Counted from the whole stretch's first letter, positions 11,121-23,795 are shown. The stretch is DNA of 63,013 bases, filler included, from Gonapodya sp. JEL0774 (GCA_027604505.1; 40 parts of 40 records of this genome joined end to end with filler, not necessarily neighbours in it); one strand, 5' to 3'. The notes: a model not told the origin generated them from the sequence alone. Numbers and translations: made by a program.

Positions 11121-12606
11121 TGAGTTATTCGATACCTTTCTCACGTTGCACGATGAAGAGCTGACTCGAGCGGGTGAGGAGAAGTCAGTGGCCACCGACC
11201 CGAGTGACGTTGAGGATGCACTTGAGAAGGTGGTCATTGCCGTCTGCGCGAATGGTGAGCGAATTTATACCCGCTTGAGACGTGGTGATGCTCGTGGTGG
11301 ACTCAATCGTCTCATATTCGAAAGACGAGAATATGCGCCCACTCTCCGAGTCTGCTCCTATGCTGGATGTCTTCAAGAAGTGGCTCAATAGGCCGTCACA
11401 CTCTCCACCACCCGTGAATCTAGGACATATCGCAACCGCTGCCGCACCCACATCCCACGTGGCTACGCATTCCACAATCATATCATCATCACCCCGCGCT
11501 TGGTTGAAGCAAATCGCAGCCCTGTGCATCGGAAATATTGCTCGTAGCGGTGCGTAACTGTCTCGTCGGGTACCATCGAGGGTAACATCGCCCACGTCGG
11601 CTCATCGTTGACTTACAATATCATCGTGTTTCGCCAAAGATGAAACATGTGTTCGGCTCATTCGTGAACACGGCGTTGCGCCAGGGCTTGTGTCAGCGCT
11701 TGCAAGAGACGTTGCCCTTTTACCATCCGACGCTGCCGCGACGGAGCGCGTGGACGTGGAAGTTGGCAAAAGTCTACGAGCTGAGCTGGCTGCAGTGAAG
11801 AATCTCACGTTGTCCGGTGAGGGCGCCAGATTGCTTTACCTACCCACATCGGTTGTTCACAACCACATGTCACTTTAGATCTTGGTCGTGAAACCTTCCA
11901 AGGTTCAGCGATGATCTTAGTGATCGCTCCACTTTTGGACTTCGATGACAGATTGGAAATTGCAGTTCGGCAAGCGGCGATTGGAGTAACCAAGAATATG
12001 ACGAGGAACACTGGTGAGCAGAGCAAACGACGGTACTATTCTCTTTCAAGAACACTTAGTCGAAGTGGCTTCTTTAATTTCGCTAGACTCGTCGTATGTT
12101 TTTGTGACCGGGTGCATGCCTGGTTCCCCTCCTACGTCCCCACCCACAACCACACCAGTTCGTCGTTTGTCCGCCTTCTTAGCCCAATCATCTAGTGATT
12201 CAGAACTACAGGCGCGAATGGAGGGGGCTAGATCGGTCGGATATGCAGCGAAAAGCCTGTTTGGTAGATCTGGTGTGTTGGCGCAAACCTGCACAGCCGA
12301 TGCTGGGATCACACTCGATTTTGATTGCCGTATTTGGAATCACAGACTCGCAAACTCTGTACGCCGAGCTTGTCTCCACAGGAGCTGTTCCAGTCCTCGT
12401 TAGTCTCCTCTGTGGACTGCCGGTCTCACAACTGGATCACTCTGCAAGTTTGATCGCGGAAGCAACCTTATCAGATGATCGCTCCTCAAATGATGGTCGT
12501 ATACATTTCCCGTCAAATGCTTCGTCCTCTCGGATATACCCGGCTTTGCAGAATGAAGGTGTCATTTCCCTCACTCTCATGTGTGAAGCGACGCGGACCA
12601 CCGAGA
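11121..12606 (+). CDS. Probable ARM/HEAT-repeat protein, internal spliced fragment
   Basis: Helical repeats such as LIREHGVAPGLVSAL and YAELVSTGAVPVLVSLL; GT-AG introns. Confidence 0.45.
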
Positions 12607-12808
12607 NNNNNNNNNNNNNNNNNNNNNNNNNNNNNNNNNNNNNNNNNNNNTTAATTAATTAANNNNNNNNNNNNNNNNNNNNNNNNNNNNNNNNNNNNNN
12701 NNNNNNACACAAGAATGGCTGACAATAAGCTTTCTGATGACAGATATCAAATCAGAAACACTGAAAATGTATGGAGAGATGAACCTGAAGCCAACCCGGG
12801 CTCATACC

Positions 12809-13227
12809 TGTTGAGATGGATGCTGGGTTGCTTATCTATATTTCTCTGTGTACTAACTGAGCTTACAAACTATGTCCTTCACCACACCCAGATTGTTGAG
12901 ATAGGGGTGATTTGGACATTTCGGACGGCTCTATTGCCACGGGGAGTTGGATTTCGGGAATATTTAATGGAGCAAAATTACCTGTAGTAAAATTCTCTAC
13001 AAGTTTGTCCTTTACTGTTTTGTTCTAGCGTTATTGGTTAGTGAGCTACACTAGGGAACGTGGGTAACTTAGGGCACACACTTGGGACAGTGCTGCGGCC
13101 ACAGATGTAGTAGATACGCCTTTTTTGGTGAAAGTGTTCGAACAAGTAAATCATACCACTCAACACAGATTGACATACAAGCCTTTTCCCACACTCTTTA
13201 GATTTCTGAGAACAACCAAACTTGACA
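12809..13227 (-). mobile_element. 5' copia LTR (same family as 8982-9125) followed by its PBS and interrupted by a solo LTR
   Basis: On the minus strand ...TCAACA is followed directly by GGTATGAGCCC (12808-12798); homologous to 8982-9125. Confidence 0.8.
12894..13165. mobile_element. 272-bp solo LTR
   Basis: TGTTGAG...CTCAACA terminal inverted ends; 5-bp TSD CAGAT at 12889-12893 and 13166-13170. Confidence 0.85.
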
Positions 13228-13459
13228 GGAAATGCAGATGATGCACAAGACATAGTTGACGCTGCACACAGAACAACCAGTGCGCAAACGACACCACCAC
13301 TTTGCCTCCCAAAGTGTGGCAATCAACACGAGTTGTGCGGAGGTAACCTTCCCCCCCTCGCCTAAGTCCTGCACCAGTTGAGCAAGATAGCTCACCCGAA
13401 CCACATATGGATCTGATGCATAATCTTCCAGAGTTTATTGCCAGGGGGGTGATCAGGAG

Positions 13460-14050
13460 ATGGCAGATGACCAGAATCCATTTGATTCAGATGATCCTCT
13501 TGTTTTGGATGTGACACTTGACACATTTGAACAGATTGATAAGCCCAAATCTTACAAACAAGCAATTTATAGCCCTTATGCAAAGTACTGGAAATTGGCA
13601 ATGGAAGAGGAACTTGGAGCATTGCGCACATTCGGGACTTTGGAGTTGGTTGAACAGCCCAAAGGAGTGCCAGTCTTATCAGGAAAGTGGGTTCATGCTC
13701 TCAAGCAGCTGTCCAACAACTCTTTGTGTTTTAAGGCCCAATGGGAGGCTTGTGGTTTCACAGAGCAGTATGTATGCATTACAACGAAACATTTGCGCCT
13801 GTGATGCATTTGTTAAGGATATAGAGAGAATCCAGCACTCTGCCCCTGTACAGGTTTAGCCCCCAATAGCTTAACAGCATTCCAAAGCTTGGCGCATTCT
13901 TCTGGCTCTTGCTGCTTAATGGGGTTACAAAATTACTCAATTGGACATATCAAATGCTTTCCTAAATGGCAACATGGAAGAAAAGGTCTACCCTGAACAA
14001 CCTCATTGTTTTGGAGAAAGTGGAAGCCTTTTTTGCAGACATGTGAAATC
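13460..14050 (+). mobile_element. Decayed Ty1/copia reverse transcriptase (RVT_2) fragment
   Basis: PKSYKQAI...WKLAMEEELGAL...LVEQPKGVPVLSGKWV...FKAQWEACGF; TFAPV; DISNAFLNGNMEEKVY.EQP; frameshifts and stops. Confidence 0.92.
13811..13876 (+). mobile_element. Solo LTR (66 bp) of the TRIM family at 8115-8408
   Basis: TGTTAAGGATATAGAGAGAATCCAGCACTCTGCCCCTGTACAGGTTT...CTTAACA; TSD GCATT at 13806-13810 and 13877-13881. Confidence 0.9.
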
Positions 14051-14192
14051 TGTTGAGATATGGGTGGTTTGTATTGAGAGTTGCAGTCGCTGTTCTGTGT
14101 TGCGACTCGTTTTTTTTCACCCAATCGCTCGATCACTATGCACTACTGTGGTCGTACGTACTAAAGTTTTCTCCCACACACTAAGTCTGTTC
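14051..14192 (+). mobile_element. Probable start of another LTR truncating the RT
   Basis: TGTTGAGATATGGGTGGTTTG resembles the start of the 12894 solo LTR (TGTTGAGATAGGGGTGATTTG); RT similarity stops here. Confidence 0.55.
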
Positions 14193-14292
14193 NNNNNNNN
14201 NNNNNNNNNNNNNNNNNNNNNNNNNNNNNNNNNNNNTTAATTAATTAANNNNNNNNNNNNNNNNNNNNNNNNNNNNNNNNNNNNNNNNNNNN

Positions 14293-15777
14293 TAAAGAGC
14301 CGCTCAGAAAACGCACCATTCCAGTTATGTCTACTTCTCGACCGCGCACGAGTATCATCACCCGCTCGTCAGGAGCAGGCGCACTCTCTGCCGACTGGTC
14401 GGCGACCACCTGGACAGGGAGTTCTTCTGCAGGTGCATCCACTGAGCCTTCAATTCCGGTAGCTGCCATAAGAACAGGTGCTCCGTCGCCACTACACAAA
14501 ATAGCAGAAGTTAGCACTTCAAGTGGAACAACTGCGTCTAGCAAACTGCTCACCCGCTGCTGGAGTCAGTAATTGTGGTTTCGGCAACTGCAGATGTATC
14601 AATGGTGTGTACAGGAATTGCTTCAGAATTGTTCGCAGCTTGTGTTTGCTCTGTCCTTTCACCTGTCCCTTCTGCCATATCCTTATCATTACTCTGTTCG
14701 GCACTTGCCACAACGGACTTGTCCGTGGTTTCAGTTGCTGGATCAGTTTGCTCTTTCGGGATGTCGCTGTGGAGGGTTGACACCTCACGTTCCAATCGAT
14801 CCTTTTCCTCCTGCTGCTCCAAGCGAGCTTTTTCTGCACTTTCTTTCTCTCTTGCAACTCTCCGTTCCTCCTCTGCGAGGGCTTGTTCGTGCACCAACTT
14901 GGCAGCTGGCTCGAGTCTTCGAACCAAAGAGTCCAATATGAACAGCGATTTATCCCCGTAGCTCGGCCCGAAGAGCATTCGTGCTTCCAGTTTCCACCTT
15001 TCAATAGAGGAGAGGGCAGCGAACATACTGCTCCCTCCTTCCAGGGCACTGCCTGCAGGTCGCGCAACTTCGCTTTGCGGGGTGCCATTCTGGGCGGTCC
15101 CGAGAAGAATCCTGCGTGTTCCACCAGCTTCCACTCCGGTACCACTAGGCGCTACACGAAGGCCATCATAAACCAATCCTCCCCTCGAGAGGAGTTGTTC
15201 CAGCAATTGAAATGGGTTTGTAAGATCAATCGGTAGTCCAAAAGGGTTAGTAGATCTATTGGCATTGCCCCTGGCGCGAGCATCATTCACATGACCTTGC
15301 GAAGGGAGCGCATATGGGTCTGAAAGTAAGGGATTCTGAGAAGCGAAATGAACCAGAGTTCAGCCTCTAAGAGACGTAAATGGTCAACATTGAACACCCA
15401 CTTGAAACACCATTTCTCGATTCAGGTCTCGGCCTGGGGTGGATGTTTGACGAGTAAATGTAGCAAATTCCCGAAGTGCCATTGCGTCAATATCTGGATC
15501 ACCTGAGGATATCGAAACTGTAACTGAAGGATCCGGTGGACAAACAAACATAATAAGTAGATGACTCACCGTATGCGTTGAAAAGCATTGTGCGCCGCTC
15601 TCCACCGGGAGCTCCCATCAGGGTTTCGGCTTCTCCTTCATTTGCGCCTTCCTCATCATCGTCATCACCTTCGGACTCTGCGCCGTCGTTAATGATGATC
15701 CCAAAGGCTTGACGATCTTCTCCTGGGTCCAAATTGTCAAGAGCAGGATCATTCTATTTGCATGAGTTCATAAGTTA
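14293..15777 (-). CDS. TOM1: HECT E3 ubiquitin ligase TOM1/HUWE1, internal fragment
   Basis: Acidic region, SSIERWKLEARMLFG, coiled coil, then ERVMILVRGREVDITGM, which precedes the UBM/DUF4414 repeats in Tom1. Confidence 0.8.
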
Positions 15778-16125
15778 NNNNNNNNNNNNNNNNNNNNNNN
15801 NNNNNNNNNNNNNNNNNNNNNTTAATTAATTAANNNNNNNNNNNNNNNNNNNNNNNNNNNNNNNNNNNNNNNNNNNNACTCTCATTGTAAACTGTGCAAG
15901 CAAGGAATTCATTTATTGGCGTCTCAAATGCGATATATCGATTTATTGCTTTGATTTCAAATGAGTGCTCCTCCTGTGGTGTCTGTGGTCTATCCCGAGT
16001 TCATTTCCCACGATTAGTCCTAATATTCTTTTCTTTCACATTTTAGAGTGTAACCATAAGAAAATAGTTCAAAACTGATTTTCAACGTCGCGTATTCCCC
16101 ACTGCTCCACCTCTCCTTCGCCATT

Positions 16126-17362
16126 CTATGCTGCCTCCGCGAGCTCCTTCTCCCAATCCACCTCGGGCCTCACCTTGCCATACACGCCCGGCAGCGCCTC
16201 GCTCCCAACCTTCTTCCTCACCTCATTCGCCAGCGCGTGGTCGAACATCTCCTCGAACTCTTCGGGTGTCTGAAACACGTCGCAGTACGAGTGCTGGAAC
16301 CCCCCCACGGAGCGGACGAGGTCGAGCACGCGCCGGACGGACCCGATCGTGGAGTAGCCGAGCGTTTGATCGCGCACGCCGAGAGGGACGCCGTACAGGC
16401 CCATGTTGAGGTACAGGTGGGACGAGGTGTGACCGTCGTCGGAGTGTCGGCGGTCTGCCGGAATGCGGATAAATCCGCCACGGTCCACGATCTTGCAGGG
16501 GTACACCATAAGGGGGAAGATGTGGAACTCGGTCTTTGCCAGGTCGACCAACTCGCAGAAGGATTCGTGCGGGACGGCGAGGTCCTGGTATACTTGGGAT
16601 TGCGCCGTCTCCATGCGTACTTCAGGTGGACGGAGAGATTTGAGGAATTGGACGCGGGGTGGGAGCATCCAGCCGCGCGTGTAGCGGAGGAGAGGATGGT
16701 TGCCAGCAGGAAATACGTACTTCATCGTCATGCAGAGGCTTTGACACGACGCAAACAATCACGTGATCACTGGAGTTCTTCATCAAAAAGAACAAAAAAA
16801 TGACTCACCTTTTGTCATGTCGCATAAGATAATCGCGCATGGGCATGAGCTCTCGATGGCCGTCTTCAACTCTGCTGGTATGAACAAAGAACCACTCCTT
16901 CCACCACTGCCCTTGCTTGTTCGTCGGCACGCCCTCCTTCCTCAGCTTTTCCACTTCTTCGCCGCTCAAAAGATCCCCACGTATGAGCACAGTATGGCTC
17001 GTCGAATGAATGACGCCCTCGAGGAAGAACGCGTCCGTCGTCTCCACAGACGTCACCAGCGATTCCCGAAGCTCCTTCACGCTTCCAAATTTCCGGTACG
17101 AGACCAATAGTTCCTTTTGCGCGGGAACCACACGAAGGCTGAGGCTGGTGAGGAACCCCAGCGATCCGTGACTGAACGGCACGGCACGGAACACGTCCGT
17201 GTTGTGCGTCTCGGACGCAACCACAATCTTTCCATCGCCCGTCACGAGCTCATAGTCCGTCACCGTGTCCGACACCAACCCGCACCGGTGCGAATGCGTC
17301 GTCATCCCTTGCGAAAGCGCCAACCCACCGAGCGTGGCGTCCTCCATCTCCAACGTGGCCTC
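16126..17362 (-). CDS. DHCR24: Delta(24)-sterol reductase (DHCR24/DIMINUTO family), 5' partial, one intron (~16808-16739)
   Basis: FAD-binding LEMEDATLGGL...GMTTHSHRCGL...YELVTGDG...N.DVFRAVPFSHGSLGFLT; QGQWWKEWFF.H; C-terminal GLYG.P, GFQHSYCD, EEFEEMFDH, LPGVYGKV. Confidence 0.85.
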
Positions 17363-18158
17363 NNNNNNNNNNNNNNNNNNNNNNNNNNNNNNNNNNNNNN
17401 NNNNNNTTAATTAATTAANNNNNNNNNNNNNNNNNNNNNNNNNNNNNNNNNNNNNNNNNNNNACCACGACCACGGGCCGCCTGGGGCCTCTTGCATCACA
17501 ATCCGTGCACTGCATGAAGTCGCAAGTCGCAAGTTGGCAAGCGGGATTTTGACGGTGCCAGGCGGTGACACCTGGCGTGTGACAGTGTGTGTCCCGGAAG
17601 CAGGAGGCGGGAGTCGAACAGAGTGCACCAGTGGCGGCGCTTGGATCATCTCCCGACTCCCACATTTTCGAGCAAGATCAGCCAGCAGCCATCTGCAGGC
17701 CACATGGAACCATCAACCACCTTGGTGACCCGACTTGGCATGGAGCGCTGAGCGCGTTACCGAATCCCTTATCCCACGGAGACGCTCCGCCCTCGACGTA
17801 CACATGACTCCGCTAGCAGTCTCATTTCTCTTAAATGTAAAGAAATCTGAAACTGCAATTGGAGACTGCTACTGGAACGCCAACATCATGATCGCCCTGG
17901 GAGGTCAGTTCTTGACCCCTCAACTTATTCTGTTGATTCAATCGAGAAATTTGAATTGGTTCATCTACCACAGGAATCACCATGTAGGCGTGAACAATCT
18001 CTTGGGACTGGTAAGCGAACTGAGGAAGTTAATAGTTGGTTAAAATGGGCTTAGTCCCACTGCAGCACGTGCTTTACAGTAAGGCTCATACGGAGAGTAT
18101 CCACAGCTCATGTATCCTCCGCTAAAATGTGAAACCCACCATCCTGTTAACATCGAAC

Positions 18159-18946
18159 ATGTCGCGATTCTTAGCGCCGACACTGGTATTCGTTCTGGTC
18201 ATATCCCTCTCCGTTCACGGGCCGTCTCTGTCCCACGCCCAAAGTTCCTCTCCTGACTGCGCTCCGTTTGAGCAGCTCCTGCTCCAATCTGGCAGGCCCT
18301 TGCTCTGGGATCGCGGACAGTGCTGCAGACTGCCACCTTCAAACGACTCATCTGTTCGCCTGGAATGCAGGGACAATCGAATCACCGCGGTGGACTTCTC
18401 GGACATCTCGCTCAACGGTACATTGCCTGAGTCCCTTTCCAACGTTACGCAACTGCGTACTCTACGACTAGGTGGCAACTCATTCACCGGCGCTATTCCG
18501 GACCTCTCGAAAATGAGCGATCTCACCGTTCTAGACCTTTCCGGATACCAGAAGTTCACTGGTTTTGCGACCAACGGACTTGTATCGAACACCAACCTCA
18601 CCGAGGTTAACTTGGCCGCGTATGGTGATGGACCGAGTTTGTTCACCCACGCGGACGGAAGATTCCCACCCAACTTGACGAAGTGTAACGTCTCGGGGAC
18701 GAACCTGTACACATGTGACGGAAGCTACCCGAGCTCTTGCGTCCTGAGGTCGTCAGATTGTAATGGAGACAGATGCGTTTGCCGCCCTCCACTCGCCGCG
18801 TGAGTTGTCTGTTGTTTGAGGATGCGCGACGGGGCAGTTTTGAATCAGCTATCACTAATCACCAATCCTCTGCACTTAGTGTGGTGATCATTCCACTTTT
18901 TTGTGGCATATTTTTGATCCTCTGGATATATTGTGTGTTCTGGATG
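18159..18946 (+). CDS. Signal peptide + LRR + Cys-rich + transmembrane protein, 3' partial
   Basis: Signal MSRFLAPTLVFVLVISLSVHG; cap CC...C....ITAVDF; LRRs LNGTLPESLSNVTQLRTLRLGGNSFTGAIPDLSKMSDLTVLDLS; TM exon VVIIPLFCGIFLILWIYCVFWM after a GT-AG intron. Confidence 0.8.
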
Positions 18947-20829
18947 NNNNNNNNNNNNNNNNNNNNNNNNNNNNNNNNNNNNNNNNNNNNTTAATTAATT
19001 AANNNNNNNNNNNNNNNNNNNNNNNNNNNNNNNNNNNNNNNNNNNNCCCGTGCTCTCGCTCTTCAATCGTTTCAAGTCATCATGTCTGGCGCTAACCCAT
19101 GGGGACCCAAGCGTGTTCACGTCGTGTTGTCGAAGGAGGTTTACGGCTTCTGAAGACCCTTTCTCGGTGGTCACCTTGGTATCTGTACTGTTGACGCCGC
19201 CTGTTGGGGCTCCTGTCGTTGAACTTATGGACTGGATATTTAAGACTCACATTCAACACCTTTGCTGGTCATCTCTACTTTTGTACTTTCATACTCGGAA
19301 AGTCTCAATTCACACTGCTTTCACCACGTACGAGATATCCTCGACTGTGTTTAGTTTGATTTTCCGGATTAGTTCGAAAAGTGGACTGGTTTGTCATGTT
19401 CCCAGTAATTAGGCTATTGTGACTTTATATTGCAGTCATTTGCTTTGGCGCTCAGGTTTGGACTAGGGCAAGTCAGCAACATGTCCGGATATTTAGCTCC
19501 GCCATAATATCTTCTGAGGTTCTCGCTTTGAGCTACCTTGCCATCACCGCAGCGTTTATCAGTCAGTCAGTGCGCACTTCCTGTCTTCCCACCTGGTCTC
19601 CCTCGATATTGCAGTGGTGCTCTCGAGTTCAATCGAACGGTTCAAAGCCTACGTCCTGGCCTGCCCTCACTCCCCGACTACTGGCGCTATTACACATGCA
19701 CCCTCTCTACCACCTCAGACCAGCCCTCAGTCGAGCCTGACTTTCCCATGGCAACAAGTTGGAGCGTACCGGCGTTTATTGAGGGACCCGCAAATCTATG
19801 CAGAACACGGGCTCCCGAGCTGGTCGATTCGAGCCATATGGAGACGGAGATCAGATGTGGTGATGAAAACACGAATATTGCTTCTGAAGAGTCGTGTGGC
19901 CAGACCACAGGCAAACTGAACGAATCGGGCGCTCGCGTGGACGTTGAAGGCGGCGCAGACGAAGATGATGTCGAATCAGTGAACTATCCAACCGCAAAGG
20001 AATCGTGGAACTTCTTTCGTGCTCCTGCGGATGCAGATGGATCATTGGTAGCTGCGGGGGACCCCGATGGCGAGTCGGTGCATTGCCGAAGGAAGGTCGA
20101 AGAGCGAACGAACGACGAGAGCTGGGTAAATCCCCGCCGTTAGTGCCATTGTCGACGTGCATATTTCGCCCTCAGAAACCGTTGATGCCTTGCAATCGGA
20201 ACTCGAATGCAAAACAGAATATGTCAATGAACTCTCCCCTTCGTATATCGCCGAACTCTTTCGTCAGTGTGAGGCAACCTCAATCTCGAGCATCGTTACA
20301 AACCTGGAAAATGAGAGGGAATATCTCCAGGTCGAGGTAAAAGAGCGCCAGATTTTGAATCTGAGGCAACAGCTTGCAGCAGCAAATGCACGTGTCGTGG
20401 AAAAGGAAAGGAGAGACGCCACGACGCTTACCAAGACTTGGCTGGAATCTGTTCGTATGGCGCCTGGCTCAGAACGAGTTGGACTTCGAAGTCTCGCGGG
20501 GAAGTTGGCGAACATGGTGTCGGTTTCTCNNNNNNNNNNNNNNNNNNNNNNNNNNNNNNNNNNNNNNNNNNNNTTAATTAATTAANNNNNNNNNNNNNNN
20601 NNNNNNNNNNNNNNNNNNNNNNNNNNNNNACAGCAACACGGAAACATAGCTAATCACGTCCAGAAAGCAAGATCTGTCATTCGCTCCATGATCTTCCACC
20701 GGTTTCAAAGCATCGCCAACCACAATCAGAAGTTTGCTTCAAACGAGCCAACGGGGCGTGTCCAAGATATGTCTGAATATAGTGGCCAACAAATGCGCGT
20801 TCATCAAAACCGTGTTACAATAATTGGTT

Positions 20830-22112
20830 CCTTTGAGATCTTACCTTGCCACTTGGTACCTCCGAGGAAAGAATGTGGGAATCCCAAATCCAAGGCTGAT
20901 ACCTGTGATCGAATAAATCCCGTTACTGATCACTTACTCACATGTACCATTCGGCCGATACAGGAACTTGCCTCGTCCAGCCTCTTCACATCCTGTTCAT
21001 CAAGCCTCACATCCAGAGCCTTGATGTTATCCCTCAGCTGGTCGACGGTGCGACATCCAACCATGAGAGCCGGTACGTTGGGTTTCTGCAAGACCCACGC
21101 CACGGCCACGTGAGGGACGGCACATTTGTGCTTTGTGGCAATCTTTTCCAGCTCATCCACAATGTTCCAGTCCTTCTCGTCGAACTTAACCCGACGGTGG
21201 GTGGCTTCAGAAGGGTTGGTCGAGGTTCATCTTGAGTACTTGCCGGTGAACTTTCCTTGGCCAAGAACTATCGACACCAGGCATGAGCGCACAATGAGAG
21301 CAAAAGTAAGATCGCAAGCGCGCGATCCTTCAGTGACATCCTGTAACCACCGCCAACGCACCTCCCCAGGGGATCACTCCCACTCCGAGCTCCCTGCACA
21401 TCGGCATAATGTCCCTGTCCATATCGCGCTCGCCAAGGTTGTACTGGTTGAAACGCATCATTAGATTCGCATTAGATTTGTCCTCATATTCACCGTCCCA
21501 TGTAGTTACTCAACCAACTCACCTTTCCTTGGTACACGGAAAACGGAGTCATGTTGTTGCACTCTGCCAGTGTGTTCATTCTGGCAACTGACGGATTATG
21601 CGGACGGATATCTCGATCCGTAAGAAGCAACACAACTAATTATAACAGAGCGGGACCTGCCCATCACGCACCTTCCCACGCAGGCGTGTCACTGATTCCC
21701 GTGAAAAGAACCTTGCCCTGACGCACAACGTCATCCAGAGCGCGAAGAATTTCTCGGGGCTGGGTCATGTCTGTAGTAGTAAAGTGAGACCTCGAATTCA
21801 AAACGTGACGTTCAACTGTTGTGTGTCACTCACAATCCCAGTAGTGCACATAGAACAAACTGAAAAGGAGCGCTGTAATAGCATCTCCAGAGGTCAGAGG
21901 TGAGATCACAAATGTAGACTCACTCCACGTAATCGACTCCGAGACGTTTCAACGAGAGCTCCAAGCACGCAACCTATATATAAAGAATAGCAAACGAGTA
22001 CGGACTATCACGGCCTGTTCCTCCACAGAAATCACTCACCAAGTTCTTTTTTGCGTTTCCTCCAAGGTTGACCACTCCCGGTGCGATGGGAAGCGAATAC
22101 TTTGTAGCGATC
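20830..22112 (-). CDS. Aldo-keto reductase, multi-exon, partial
   Basis: SLKRLGVDYV, YVHYWD, ELEKIATKHKCAVPHVAVAWVLQKPNVPALMVGCRTVDQLRDNIKALDVRL. Confidence 0.9.
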
Positions 22113-22212
22113 NNNNNNNNNNNNNNNNNNNNNNNNNNNNNNNNNNNNNNNNNNNNTTAATTAATTAANNNNNNNNNNNNNNNNNNNNNNNNNNNNNNNN
22201 NNNNNNNNNNNN

Positions 22213-23695
22213 TGCTCCAGCCCTTCCAACAAATCATTCTCGTACTGCAACGCTCTGGCCATCCACTCACTCCCTTGGCGAACTTCTTTTACTGCCAGGA
22301 GCATTCCCGAGTTGGCATCAAACCCCATGTAAACGTTGCCAAACGCGCCGTGAGCGATCAATTTGCCTTGAACGAGCTCAAGGTGGTCGACAAAATAGTT
22401 TGAGGTTGGTACCGAGCGACTGTTCGTATTAGATGGAGGGGACTTAGGATTCAATTGAGACGACAATAAACATATTCTCATATCTCATTGAGGTAGATTA
22501 ATGACTTCGACCAGAAGTCTCACCGTCGCGAGCAAAGATGCTCCAGGCCTAATTTCCACGGGAGAATAGTAGAAGTAGTCCGGCGTCCGTGATCGCGGTT
22601 TCCAATTGTGTCCAGCACCGGCTTGTGCGTAGTCATGGTGTGCCCAGTTCATTGGAACCTCTTCCGTTCCGCTGTGATTGTGGCTTTCCGAGTGATAGTA
22701 AGATAACACCTTTTCCTTAATGAGACTTAACTGAGATTACGATATGTGTTGAATTTGTTTGACAGATCTGTTTGGAAAACAATCAATGCTCTCACGTCTG
22801 GAATGCTGACTGACCCTCTCCTCACAAACTCGATGCGACCCGACGATGGTAAGCGATCAGTTGTCCGTCGCACTCCTCTAAGTCCGGGAGTAACATCGTC
22901 CTCCTCCTTAAGCGGTACTATGCCAATCAAGCCAGGCATACGAGGGTGTTCGCCCTTCGAGAAAACTGAGCCAACCGACTTGGTGAGATCAAGTTGCCGA
23001 ATAGGAACAATGAAACCTTCCGATGAGAGTTCCGATTGTGCAGTCTCTGGCGTCGCATCTACTGGAGCTGAGACACTGTTACCTTCCACACCGCGAGACA
23101 GCAATTGCATTTGAGGCGGTGACGCTTCGAATGCTGAATATTCGTCTGCCGATGTGAGCGCGGGAAAATATTCATCCAATTTATACGCCACTTCTTCAAT
23201 GGATGGTCTCTCAAAGAGTTGTTGTCGTTTCTTCCGGGTCCGAAACCAAAACCTCGCTGATGCTGCGGGATCCCAATCATCTGTTCCCGCGAGCTTATCT
23301 CGAGATTTGGATTGCCTCCCATTTACTTGTCGACGTTCTTTCCTTTTCCTTTGACGAGCTTTCCCGAGATCTCGTCGGGCGGGTCCGTTTCCAGCTGTCT
23401 GCACATTCGGTGATGTTTCCTTGTCCTTCTGACACGAATGAAGTTCATCGAGAGAGAAAACCCAGACGAGTCCATGTACTCCGTACCTGTTGCGAAAGCG
23501 TCCCTTGTGGGGGAAACTCTGTCTTACTCGAAGACTTCGAAGACATAGGGGTACTACGACTTGATGCGAGCTGCGACAAACGGAATTGTGAGGCCATTCC
23601 TACTACAAGGGCAACGATCTTCGTTCAAAACGCACTGTAGATGAGCTTATTTCAAGAGCTTCAGAATCTATCTTCAGTGGAGCCACGGGTGGTCT
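22213..23695 (-). CDS. MAP kinase kinase kinase (STE11/BCK1 family), internal fragment
   Basis: Kinase subdomains I-II LVQGKLIAHGAFGNVYMGFDANSGMLLAVKEV; upstream ERPSIEEVAYKLDEYFP resembles a Bck1-family motif. Confidence 0.8.
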
Positions 23696-23795
23696 NNNNN
23701 NNNNNNNNNNNNNNNNNNNNNNNNNNNNNNNNNNNNNNNTTAATTAATTAANNNNNNNNNNNNNNNNNNNNNNNNNNNNNNNNNNNNNNNNNNNN

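Noticed and set aside
16237..16803. Plus-strand 188-aa ORF, and similar long antisense ORFs at 14575, 27177, 35245, 44971, 51338 and 57619
   Set aside because: Shadow ORFs opposite well-supported genes, expected from GC-rich codon usage.
19047..20529. Acidic and coiled-coil ORFs at 19538-20529
   Set aside because: Probably coding, but the frames do not join through a plausible intron and no family is recognisable.
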